Source: an uncultured Pelagibacteraceae bacterium (GTDB taxonomy: Bacteria; Pseudomonadota; Alphaproteobacteria; Pelagibacterales; Pelagibacteraceae). Taken from it: 64,000 bases of DNA. The DNA is taken from NCBI GenBank assembly GCA_902616145.1, contig CACMRM010000001.1:161450-225449 (forward strand). Reading direction: 5' to 3'. The notes under the pieces are model-generated. The model saw only the letters and a program-made list of their open reading frames with translations, did not search any database and was not told the origin of the DNA. Below are positions 36,048 through 44,948 of this stretch, one piece after another; within the stretch, counting starts at the first letter, position 1; each line of letters begins with the position of its first letter. The position numbers and the translations under genes were made by a program.

Positions 36048-36745
36048 TAGCTAACATTCCATCTATACCCGCTTCCATATCTAGTTTCAATTGCAGAAAA
36101 CTTCTCATCTACCTTTTTAAACTTTTTTCTTATTCTCTTTACATGGCTATCAATAGTTCTATCTTCGATTTCTGTATTTTCTTTATATGCTATGTCCATT
36201 AAATGTGCTCTTTCTTTTATAACTCCTGGTCTTTTGGCTAATTCTTTAACGATTAGAAATTCTGTAGTGGTTAGCTTATCCGGCAAAGCTCTACCATTCC
36301 ATTCACACTCCAATTGAGAAGGATCTAATTTTAATTTACCATGACTAATTACATTTTTTGTGTCATCGATAGTATTAGTTTTTTTCCTTAATTGAACTCT
36401 TATTCTCTCTATTAAAACTTTTGTAGAAAAACCTCCAGATTTTTTGACAAAATCATCAGCACCCAACTTCAAACCAAGTAATTCATCAACTTCATCATCT
36501 TTTGATGTTAGAAAGATAATTGGAATTGACATCTTTTTTTTAAGCTTTTTTAATAACTCTTCTCCGTCCATCCTTGGCATTTTAATATCCAAAATAGCTA
36601 AGTCAGGTGGATTTCTAGTTAGTCCTATTAAGGCAGACTCCCCATCGATATAAGTTTGAACTTTAAAACCTTCTCTTTCCAAAGCAATACTTATACTAGT
36701 TAGTATATTTCTATCGTCATCTACTAAAGCTATTGTTTGACTCAT
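36047..36745 (-). CDS. chvI: OmpR-family response regulator ChvI
   Basis: MSQTIALVDDDRNILTSISIALEREGFKVQTYIDGESAL...DIKMPRMDGEELLKKL...IIFLTSKDDEVDELLGLKLGADDF is nearly collinear with rhizobial ChvI as I recall it. Confidence 0.82.
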   Translation of the reverse strand: MSQTIALVDDDRNILTSISIALEREGFKVQTYIDGESALIGLTRNPPDLAILDIKMPRMDGEELLKKLKKKMSIPIIFLTSKDDEVDELLGLKLGADDFVKKSGGFSTKVLIERIRVQLRKKTNTIDDTKNVISHGKLKLDPSQLECEWNGRALPDKLTTTEFLIVKELAKRPGVIKERAHLMDIAYKENTEIEDRTIDSHVKRIRKKFKKVDEKFSAIETRYGSGYRWNVS

Positions 36746-36784
36746 ATTTTTATTTTCTTAATTATGTTGTCAAAATTTAGGCGT

Positions 36785-39550
36785 TTAATGGGCTTCTCCC
36801 CAGTTGTTTCCAGAGTTAATACTTACTTCTAAAGGTATTGAAAACATATGATGTTCTGAACTTGATACTGACGTCATAACTTCTTTAACAATTTTTTTTA
36901 CTTCACTTTCATCTTTTTTAAAACATTCAAAAATGAGTTCATCATGTATTTGTAAAAGCATTTTTGCTTTCTTTTTTTTTTCAAGGATACTATCAATTTT
37001 AATCATTGCTAGTCTTATGATATCCGCAGCTGACCCTTGTATTGGAGCATTAATTGCTGCTCTTTCTTGAAATGCGCGTACACTAAAATTTTTATCATTA
37101 ATTCCTCTTAAATGAATTCTTCTTCCAAAAATGTTTGTAACAAAGCCTTGCTTTCTGCAAGTTTTGATTGTCGTGTTCATATAATCTTTAATTTCAGGAA
37201 ATTTTTTAAAATATGAATTAATGAAACTTAAAGCCTCTTCATTTGAAACTGATATTTGTTTTGCTAATCCATATTGTGTAATTCCATAAATAATTCCAAA
37301 ATTAATTGCCTTAGCTTTTCTTCTAAAATCATCTGTCACTTTTGCAATAGGAACATCAAAAACTTGGCTCGCCGTTAAAGAATGTATATCTTGTTTATTT
37401 TTAAAAGCTTTCTTTAATTCTTTTACATCAGCCATATCAGCAAGAATTCTCATTTCTATTTGATTATAATCTGCTGAAATTAATAAATTATTTTTATCTG
37501 CTATAAAGGCTTTTCTAATCTCTTTACCGTCTGAAGTCTTTATAGGAATATTTTGTAAATTAGGATCACTCGAAGCTAGCCTACCGGTATTGGTTGCAGC
37601 TAGTAAAAAAGAAGTATGCACCCTTTTTGTTTTTTTACTTATATGGTCTTGCAAGGCATCTGTATAAGTACTTTTTAGTTTCGAAACTTGGCGCCATTCT
37701 AAAACTAAATTAGGAAATTTATGTCCAGTTAATGCTAAGTCCTCTAGAATTTTAGCGCTCGTAGCTAAACTTCCTTTCTTAGTTTTTTTCAATTTTGCTA
37801 TCTTTAAGTCATTATAAATAATTTCTCCTAATTGTTTAGGCGATCCGATATTAAATTTTTTACCCGATATTTTATAAATTGCTTTTTCAATAGTTATTAA
37901 CCTTTCCTCAAATTTTTTTGAAAGTTTTTTAAGATAAGCATCATCAACTTTCACACCACTCGACTCTAGTTTGGAGAGAATTTTTATCATTGGTTTTTCA
38001 AATTCCTCATAAATTTTTTCTAATTTTTCCTTGGATACTCTCTCAGATAAAACTTCATATAATCTTAACGTTATATCTGCATCCTCAGCAGCATATTCAG
38101 TGGCTGATTTAAGATCTACTTCTGAAAAATTTAACTGCTTTTTTCCAGTTCCTACCAACTCTTTATAAGATATAGTTTTATGACCAAGATGTAATTCAGA
38201 TAACGTATCCATATTATGTCTATTATTTCCCGCGTCTAATGTATACGAAAGTAACATCGTGTCTTCCACCGAGCTTAATTCGATGCCATGGTTTTTAAAT
38301 ATTATAAAATCATATTTTATATTTTGGCCAACTTTTTTTATGCTTGGGTCTTGTAAAAGTGGTTTAAGTTTCCTCAAAACAATATCCTTTTTTAATTCCG
38401 TTTTTTCTGTATGACCTATCGGGATATAGAAAGCTTCGTTAGCCTCATAACATAAAGATATACCAACAAGATCTGCTTCTTGGGGATTTAAGGATGAGGT
38501 TTCCGTATCAACTGCTATAACTGATTTTTCATTTAATTTTTTTATTAATTCATCCAGTTGTTTCTCTTTGAAAATAGTTTTGTAGGTTTTAGTATTTATC
38601 TTATTGTTTTTTTTTATAGGATTTTTCTCATTAAAATCTTTGCTTCCAGGTTCTCCATAAAAACTAATTGCCTGGCTCAACAATCTATTAAATTCCATAT
38701 CCCTTAAAAAATCGTATAGTTTATCTTTATTAATATCTTTAATAATAAAGTCAGCAGCATCATTTTTAAGTGGAACATCATTTTTTAAAGTTACTAATTG
38801 CTTACTAATCACAGCTTTATCTTTGTTAGACAATAATGTTTCCCGTCTTTTGTTCTGAGGTATTTCTGATGCCTTCTTTAATAAATTTTCTAAGGTTTTA
38901 TATTTATTTATAAGTTCTGCTGCTGTTTTAACTCCAATACCAGGAACACCAGGCACATTGTCTGAACTATCTCCAGCAAGTGATTGTACGTCAATTACTT
39001 GACTTGGTTTAACTCCAAATTTTTCAATTACATCTTTTTCACCTATAACTTTACTTTTCATAGGATCAAATAGTCTGACTTTATTTGATACTAACTGCAT
39101 TAAATCTTTATCCGACGATATCACGGTAACCTTTGCACCAGCTTCGGTAATTTTTTTTGCATAAGTGGCTATGAGATCATCTGCTTCATAATTTAAAAGT
39201 TCAATAGACGGTAAGTTAAAAGCTTCAACAGATTTTCTGATGTACTCAAATTGAGGCGCTAAATCGTCAGGCGCTTCTTCTCTGTTCGCTTTATATTCAC
39301 TGTAAATTTCGTTTCTAAAATTTTTTCTAGCTGAGTCGAATATAACAGCAAAATGGGTTGGTTTATTTTTTGAGTCATCGGATCTAGCATCCTCCAAAAG
39401 TTTAAAAAGCATCGAGCAAAAACCACTTACAGCTCCTGTAGGTAACCCGTCACTTTTTCTTGAAAGAGGAGGGAGAGCATAATAAGCACGAAAAATATAT
39501 CCAGATCCATCCACTAAATAAAAATGATCTGTTTTTTTTATTGAACTCAT
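36785..39550 (-). CDS. polA: DNA polymerase I
   Basis: 921 aa with a 5'-3' exonuclease N-terminus (LVDGSGYIFRAYYA), a 3'-5' exonuclease domain, and polymerase motifs ADYNQIEMRILA and QIHDELIFE. Confidence 0.95.
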   Translation of the reverse strand: MSSIKKTDHFYLVDGSGYIFRAYYALPPLSRKSDGLPTGAVSGFCSMLFKLLEDARSDDSKNKPTHFAVIFDSARKNFRNEIYSEYKANREEAPDDLAPQFEYIRKSVEAFNLPSIELLNYEADDLIATYAKKITEAGAKVTVISSDKDLMQLVSNKVRLFDPMKSKVIGEKDVIEKFGVKPSQVIDVQSLAGDSSDNVPGVPGIGVKTAAELINKYKTLENLLKKASEIPQNKRRETLLSNKDKAVISKQLVTLKNDVPLKNDAADFIIKDINKDKLYDFLRDMEFNRLLSQAISFYGEPGSKDFNEKNPIKKNNKINTKTYKTIFKEKQLDELIKKLNEKSVIAVDTETSSLNPQEADLVGISLCYEANEAFYIPIGHTEKTELKKDIVLRKLKPLLQDPSIKKVGQNIKYDFIIFKNHGIELSSVEDTMLLSYTLDAGNNRHNMDTLSELHLGHKTISYKELVGTGKKQLNFSEVDLKSATEYAAEDADITLRLYEVLSERVSKEKLEKIYEEFEKPMIKILSKLESSGVKVDDAYLKKLSKKFEERLITIEKAIYKISGKKFNIGSPKQLGEIIYNDLKIAKLKKTKKGSLATSAKILEDLALTGHKFPNLVLEWRQVSKLKSTYTDALQDHISKKTKRVHTSFLLAATNTGRLASSDPNLQNIPIKTSDGKEIRKAFIADKNNLLISADYNQIEMRILADMADVKELKKAFKNKQDIHSLTASQVFDVPIAKVTDDFRRKAKAINFGIIYGITQYGLAKQISVSNEEALSFINSYFKKFPEIKDYMNTTIKTCRKQGFVTNIFGRRIHLRGINDKNFSVRAFQERAAINAPIQGSAADIIRLAMIKIDSILEKKKKAKMLLQIHDELIFECFKKDESEVKKIVKEVMTSVSSSEHHMFSIPLEVSINSGNNWGEAH

Positions 39551-39592
39551 ATATACATATTACATTGAAATCTTGATGAATTATAAAAAAGT

Positions 39593-40522
39593 ATGTATAA
39601 ATTAGCTCTATCTGTTGAAAATCTTACAAAGGTTTACTCTAGCCCTAAAACCAAGAGACATAATAAAGCATTAAATGAATTAAGTTTTGAAGTCAGACAA
39701 GGTGAAGTATTTGGATTATTAGGACCGAATGGAGCAGGAAAAACTACATTTTTAAGTATTCTAGGGGGAACCGTCATTAAGACTAGTGGAAAAGTAAATG
39801 TATGGGGATTCGATTTAGATCAAAATCCACGTCAGGTTAGAGCGTCAGTAGGAATAGTCCCCCAAGAAGTAAACTTAGATGCTTTTTTTAGTCCAAAAAA
39901 ACTACTGGAACTTCAAGCAGGACTTTACGGTATTTCTAAAGAAAACCGAATAACAGATTTAATATTAAAGATGGTTTCTCTTGAAGATAAAGCTAATGCA
40001 TACTCCAGAAGCTTATCGGGCGGAATGAAGAGAAGATTACTTATTGCAAAAGCAATGGTTCATCAACCGCCAATTTTAATTTTAGATGAACCTACAGCTG
40101 GTGTTGACGTTGAACTAAGAAATAATCTTTGGGAAAATGTAAAAGCTCTAAACAAAGAAGGAGTAACAATAATATTAACCACGCATTATTTGATCGAAGC
40201 ACAGGAAATGTGCGATCGAATAGCGATAATCAATAATGGAAATTTAGTTGCACTCGATACCACTAAAAAATTATTAGAGAGAATTAAAACTAAAAGAATC
40301 AATTTTAAAGTTAAAAATATCGAATTAAATAAGAATTTAATAATGAAGGATATAAATTTCAAAATAATCTCTGAAAATTCAATATTAGTTACGTATGAAA
40401 AAAATTCACTAGATTTTGGAGAGATAATCAATTATTTAAATGAAAATAATATCAAAATTGAGGATATTTCTACGGAAGATGGTGATTTAGAAGATGTTTT
40501 TGTTCAATTAACAAAACACTAG
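39593..40522 (+). CDS. ABC transporter ATP-binding protein (ABC-2/DrrA-type). No adjacent permease gene.
   Basis: Walker A GPNGAGKTT, signature LSGGMKRRL and Walker B ILILDEPT. 309 aa with a C-terminal extension. Confidence 0.85.
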   Translation: MYKLALSVENLTKVYSSPKTKRHNKALNELSFEVRQGEVFGLLGPNGAGKTTFLSILGGTVIKTSGKVNVWGFDLDQNPRQVRASVGIVPQEVNLDAFFSPKKLLELQAGLYGISKENRITDLILKMVSLEDKANAYSRSLSGGMKRRLLIAKAMVHQPPILILDEPTAGVDVELRNNLWENVKALNKEGVTIILTTHYLIEAQEMCDRIAIINNGNLVALDTTKKLLERIKTKRINFKVKNIELNKNLIMKDINFKIISENSILVTYEKNSLDFGEIINYLNENNIKIEDISTEDGDLEDVFVQLTKH

Positions 40523-40553
40523 ATTTTAATAAAAAAAAAGTTAAATTGTATTA

Positions 40554-41105
40554 ATGGAATTTGTAAAAAGTTTAAAACAAACAAAAATAATTAAATATAT
40601 ATTTGTTGCTTTATTAGGATCCATACTTTTAGCTATATCGTCGAAAGTTAAGATACCATTTTACCCAGTCCCCATGACTATGCAAACTTTAGTTGTCTTA
40701 TTAATAGGAATATGTTTTGGATGGAAACTTGGTGTAGCAACTATTTCTTTATATCTATTTGAAGGTATAATTGGTTTACCAGTATTTTCAGGAACTCCGG
40801 AAAAAGGTATGGGAATAGTATACTTCACAGGACCAACGATGGGTTATTTGATAGGTTTTGTGGTAGCTGGATTTTTAGCAGGAAAATTTAATTACGATAA
40901 TAATTATTTTAAGAATTTTTTCAAATTAGTTTTTGCCACTAGCTTTATTTATGTATTGGGGATGTTATGGCTAGGTACTTTAATAGGTTGGGATAAACCA
41001 ATATTCAAATTGGGAGCACAACCTTTCTTGTTAGCTGAGTTATGCAAAATTTTAATTGCAACCCTTGTAACAAATCAAATTAAAAAATTTAGAAAATTTG
41101 TTTAA
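40554..41105 (+). CDS. bioY: Biotin transporter BioY (S-component-like)
   Basis: 183 aa with 6 TM helices. PVPMTMQTLVVLLIG resembles the BioY motif vPiTlQtf.v.L.G. Confidence 0.8.
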   Translation: MEFVKSLKQTKIIKYIFVALLGSILLAISSKVKIPFYPVPMTMQTLVVLLIGICFGWKLGVATISLYLFEGIIGLPVFSGTPEKGMGIVYFTGPTMGYLIGFVVAGFLAGKFNYDNNYFKNFFKLVFATSFIYVLGMLWLGTLIGWDKPIFKLGAQPFLLAELCKILIATLVTNQIKKFRKFV

Positions 41106-41106
41106 G

Positions 41107-41679
41107 TTATCTTGGAGATCTTTTAGAGAGAATTCTTTGCAATGTTCTTCTGTGCATCTTAAGTCTTCTAGCTGTTTCGGAAACATTTCTATTACATAAC
41201 TCGAAAACTCGGTGGATATGTTCCCATTTCACTCTATCTGCTGACATTGGATTTTCAGGGGGCTTTGCTTTTGATTCTGGCGATGCTAATAAAGCAGACT
41301 CAACATCGTCCGCATCAACTGGTTTAGCTATATAATCGATTGCGCCTTCTTTGACTGCAGCTACAGCCGTAGGTAGATTCCCGTATCCCGTTAACATTAC
41401 AATTCTGCAATCTTTTTTATTTTTTGAGAGTTCTCTAACAACATCCAATCCATTGCCATCATCAAGCCTAAGATCAATTACAGCAAATGCTGTAGGAGCT
41501 GTTTTAGCAATATTAAGACCCTCAGCTACTGATTTAGCCTCCTTAACTTGAAATCCTTTCTTCTCCATGGCTCTTGCAAGCCTACCCCTTAAGGGATCAT
41601 CATCATCAAGGATTAATAGCGATTTATCAGCAAAGTCTACTAATTTTAGCTGCTCTGGGACGTTTTTTTGTGCTCTCAT
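41107..41679 (-). CDS. regA: Redox response regulator RegA/ActR/PrrA
   Basis: Receiver domain plus the near-invariant HTH NVSETARRLKMHRRTLQRILSKR characteristic of RegA/ActR/PrrA. Confidence 0.88.
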   Translation of the reverse strand: MRAQKNVPEQLKLVDFADKSLLILDDDDPLRGRLARAMEKKGFQVKEAKSVAEGLNIAKTAPTAFAVIDLRLDDGNGLDVVRELSKNKKDCRIVMLTGYGNLPTAVAAVKEGAIDYIAKPVDADDVESALLASPESKAKPPENPMSADRVKWEHIHRVFELCNRNVSETARRLKMHRRTLQRILSKRSPR

Positions 41680-41751
41680 AGAAGATTATATAGGTACTGT
41701 TGACGAAATTTCAACACGACAAAAATGTCCTTTTTTTCTTTACATAGAGTC

Positions 41752-41789
41752 AAAAAAACCTTAAATGCGAAATAAATAAGGTTTTTTTT
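41752..41789. other. Orphan hairpin AAAAAAACCTTA-N13-TAAGGTTTTTTT in the divergent regA / polyamine-operon spacer
   Basis: Perfect 12-bp arms (41752-41763 and 41777-41788). It has an A-tract / stem / T-tract layout like a bidirectional intrinsic terminator, but with only 2 G:C pairs. Confidence 0.35.
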
Positions 41790-41838
41790 ATTAAATTTTT
41801 TAAAAAATCTTTGTGTAATTAAACGAGGAACACATGAA

Positions 41839-43020
41839 ATGGGAAAATTTAAAACAGTTAACGAATTAGTTAACTCATTACAACCAGATTACCCCGTATA
41901 TTGTATACGGCCAAACGAGATTAAAAAATCCGTAAAATTTTTTAAAGATAATTTTCCTGGAAAAATACTCTACGCTGTTAAAACGAATCCAAACGAAAAA
42001 ATTATTAAACAGATTATTGCTAATGGTGTTAATGAATTCGATGTTGCTTCTCTAAATGAAGTTAAGCTTCTTAATAAAATTAAGTCGGATGCGAAGTTAC
42101 ATTTTATGCATACTATTAAAAGTAAAGAAAGTATATCATCGGCTTACTTCGATTATGGTGTTAAAAGTTTTTCTCTTGATAGTAAAGATGAGTTGAGAAA
42201 AATTCTAGAGGCCACTAAACAAGCAAAAGATTTAGAATTGTTTGTAAGGATTGCAATTTCGAATGAACACGCTGAAATAGATCTATCTAGAAAATTTGGT
42301 GCGCTTCCCTCTGAAGCTTTGGGATTAGTAAGATTATGTAAGGAACATTCAAAAAAACTTGGAATAAGTTTTCACGTTGGCTCTCAATGTATGCACAAAA
42401 TTTCTTACTCTAAAGGTATTCTTGAAATCGGAAATATAATAAAAAAAACAAAAATAATTCCAAATACAATTAATGTTGGTGGGGGCTTTCCATCAATATA
42501 TCCAGATCTAAATCCTGAGCCGCTTATTAATTATATGAGTGAAATTAAAAAAGAGCTTAATAATTTAAAACTAAGTAAATTACCCGAAGTAATATGTGAA
42601 CCTGGTAGAGCTCTTGTAGCAGAAAGTGGTTCAACGATTGTTAAAGTTATTTTAAGAAAAAAAAATAATCTTTATATTAATGATGGAACCTATGGATCTT
42701 TATTTGACGCAGGTGGACCAAATTTTGTTTTACCTTCTAAAATGATTACGGATGGAAGAATTCAGTCAAAAAAACTTACCGCGTTTAGTTTTTTTGGACC
42801 CACGTGTGATGGACTAGATTACATGAAAGGTCCTTTTTTACTTCCGAATAACATTAAAGAGGGCGATTACATTGAGTTAGGTCAGTTAGGCGCATACAGT
42901 CTTACTTTCAGAACCAACTTTAATGGTTTCTATTCAAATGAAATTCACGAATTAAGTGACAAACCAATTATATCTATGTACGATGATACAAAAGATAAAG
43001 TTGGTTCTTTAGTAGCTTAA
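41839..43020 (+). CDS. PLP-dependent group IV decarboxylase, ornithine decarboxylase-like (Orn/Lys/Arg specificity undetermined)
   Basis: YAVKTN (PLP Lys), HVGSQ, GGGFP, EPGRALVAESG and GPTCDGLD motifs of alanine-racemase-fold ODC. Confidence 0.8.
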   Translation: MGKFKTVNELVNSLQPDYPVYCIRPNEIKKSVKFFKDNFPGKILYAVKTNPNEKIIKQIIANGVNEFDVASLNEVKLLNKIKSDAKLHFMHTIKSKESISSAYFDYGVKSFSLDSKDELRKILEATKQAKDLELFVRIAISNEHAEIDLSRKFGALPSEALGLVRLCKEHSKKLGISFHVGSQCMHKISYSKGILEIGNIIKKTKIIPNTINVGGGFPSIYPDLNPEPLINYMSEIKKELNNLKLSKLPEVICEPGRALVAESGSTIVKVILRKKNNLYINDGTYGSLFDAGGPNFVLPSKMITDGRIQSKKLTAFSFFGPTCDGLDYMKGPFLLPNNIKEGDYIELGQLGAYSLTFRTNFNGFYSNEIHELSDKPIISMYDDTKDKVGSLVA

Positions 43021-44066
43021 TGAATAAAAAAAATAGTCCAAATATTGGACACAACAAAAAATCTCTCCTTGATTCCCCAGTTGAACACATCGACATAAAA
43101 TCTTTTGACGCTCGTAAAATTATTGATGGAATGAGTAAAATGTCTTTCACTTCTAGAGATACAGCAAGAGCTGCGAGTATTTACAACGAAATGCTTGCAG
43201 ATAAAGATTGTTCAATTTTTTTAACCTTAGCAGGTTCAACTTCGGCAGGTGGATGTATGGATCTATACACTGATTTGGTCAAACATAACATGGTCGATGC
43301 TATTGTTGCTACGGGGGCTTCGATTATTGATATGGATTTTTTTGAAGCGCTAGGTTTCAAACATTATCAGGGATCTCAGTTTCAAGATGATACTGAGCTA
43401 AGAAATAATTATATTGATAGGATTTATGACACTTATATTGATGAAGAGGAGCTACAAGCATGTGACAAAACTATATGTGATATTGCTAATACTCTTAAAC
43501 CTAAAGCGTATACTTCAAGAGAATTTATTAGAGAACTTGGAAAATATCTAAAAAATAATTCTAAGAAAAAAAAATCATTAATAGAAACTGCTTATGACAA
43601 TAATGTTCCTATTTTTTGCCCAGCTTTCACAGATAGTTCAGCGGGATTTGGACTTGTCATGCATCAGGAACAAAATCCTAAAAATCACATCACTATAGAC
43701 TCTATAAGAGAGTTCAGAGAAATAACTGAAATTAAACTCAAATCAAAACAATCAGGATTATTAATGGTGGGGGGTGGAGTACCCAAAAATTTTATTCAGG
43801 ATACAGTAGTTTGTGCGGAGTTATTAGGTAAAAAGGTAGATATGCATAAATATGCTATTCAAATAACTGTTGCAGACACGAGAGATGGTGCTTGTAGTAG
43901 TTCTACTTTAAAAGAGGCAAGTTCATGGGGTAAAGTAGATATCACAAAGGAACAAATGGTGTTTGCTGAAGCTACAAGTGTATTGCCACTAATAGCAAGC
44001 GATGCCTTTCATCGGAAGCATTGGCAAACTAGACAAAAAAGAAATTTTCAAAATTTATTCAATTAA
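43020..44066 (+). CDS. Deoxyhypusine synthase-like protein (candidate homospermidine synthase)
   Basis: 348 aa with the DHS-family motifs LAGSTSAGG, GGGVPKNF and SWGK. ATGA-type overlap with the upstream decarboxylase gene. Confidence 0.75.
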   Translation: MNKKNSPNIGHNKKSLLDSPVEHIDIKSFDARKIIDGMSKMSFTSRDTARAASIYNEMLADKDCSIFLTLAGSTSAGGCMDLYTDLVKHNMVDAIVATGASIIDMDFFEALGFKHYQGSQFQDDTELRNNYIDRIYDTYIDEEELQACDKTICDIANTLKPKAYTSREFIRELGKYLKNNSKKKKSLIETAYDNNVPIFCPAFTDSSAGFGLVMHQEQNPKNHITIDSIREFREITEIKLKSKQSGLLMVGGGVPKNFIQDTVVCAELLGKKVDMHKYAIQITVADTRDGACSSSTLKEASSWGKVDITKEQMVFAEATSVLPLIASDAFHRKHWQTRQKRNFQNLFN

Positions 44067-44072
44067 AAAATA

Positions 44073-44948
44073 ATGAGTAAAACAAAGATAGCATTAGTAC
44101 AGATGAAAATGTCATCTGACCCTAAAAAAAATATTCAAAATGCTATCAACAAAATTAATACTGCTGCAAAAAAAGGTGCAAAAGTAATTTGCTTACCAGA
44201 ATTATTCTTAACAAAATACTTTTGCCAGGTTGAAAGTCATAAGAACTTTAATTTCGCTGAAAAAATACCAGGGCCTAGCAGTAACTTATTTTCTGCACTT
44301 GCTAAAGAACTGAAAATTATTTTAATAATTTCGTTATTTGAGAAGAAAACTTCTGGGCTTTATCACAATAGTAGCATTGTAATTAACGAAAAAGGGAAAC
44401 TTTTAGGAAAATATAGAAAGATGCATATCCCTGATGATCCACAATTTTACGAGAAGTTTTATTTTGCTCCTGGAGATTTAGGTTTTAAATCTTTTAAAAC
44501 TTCAAAAGGAAATTTAGGAACTTTAATTTGCTGGGATCAATGGTTTCCTGAGGCGGCAAGATTAACGGCGCTTAAAGGAGCAGAAATTATTTTTTATCCA
44601 ACCGCTATTGGATGGCATCCAAAAGAAAAAAGGGAATTTGGTAAATCACAACTCGAGTCCTGGCTTTCCATACAAAGGTCTCATGCAATAGCTAATGGTA
44701 TTTATGTTGCTGCAATAAATAGAGTTGGAATTGAAAAGCAAGGAAATAAAAAGATAGAATTCTGGGGGAATAGTGTAATATTTGATCCAAGTGGTAATGT
44801 TGTTAAGAAAGCTAGTTTAAAAGAAAACATTTTAATATGTGAAATAGATTTTAAAAAAGTAGAAACGTCAAGACAACATTGGCCTTTTTTTAGAGATAGA
44901 AGAATAGACTATTATAAAGGACTACTTAAAAATCCAAGAGATGCCTAG
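44073..44948 (+). CDS. aguB: N-carbamoylputrescine amidohydrolase (nitrilase superfamily)
   Basis: KIALVQM, YRKMHIPDDP and ICWDQWFPEAAR (catalytic Cys), typical of NCPAH. Confidence 0.82.
   Translation: MSKTKIALVQMKMSSDPKKNIQNAINKINTAAKKGAKVICLPELFLTKYFCQVESHKNFNFAEKIPGPSSNLFSALAKELKIILIISLFEKKTSGLYHNSSIVINEKGKLLGKYRKMHIPDDPQFYEKFYFAPGDLGFKSFKTSKGNLGTLICWDQWFPEAARLTALKGAEIIFYPTAIGWHPKEKREFGKSQLESWLSIQRSHAIANGIYVAAINRVGIEKQGNKKIEFWGNSVIFDPSGNVVKKASLKENILICEIDFKKVETSRQHWPFFRDRRIDYYKGLLKNPRDA

Noticed and set aside
41690-41720. RegA-type or other operator at the inverted repeat GTTGA-N7-TCAAC, and a TTGAAA-N16/18-TATAAT promoter for regA
   Set aside because: 5-bp arms and sigma-70-like hexamers arise frequently by chance in AT-rich DNA. 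There is no match to the GC-rich RegA consensus I remember, so it is not reported as a feature.
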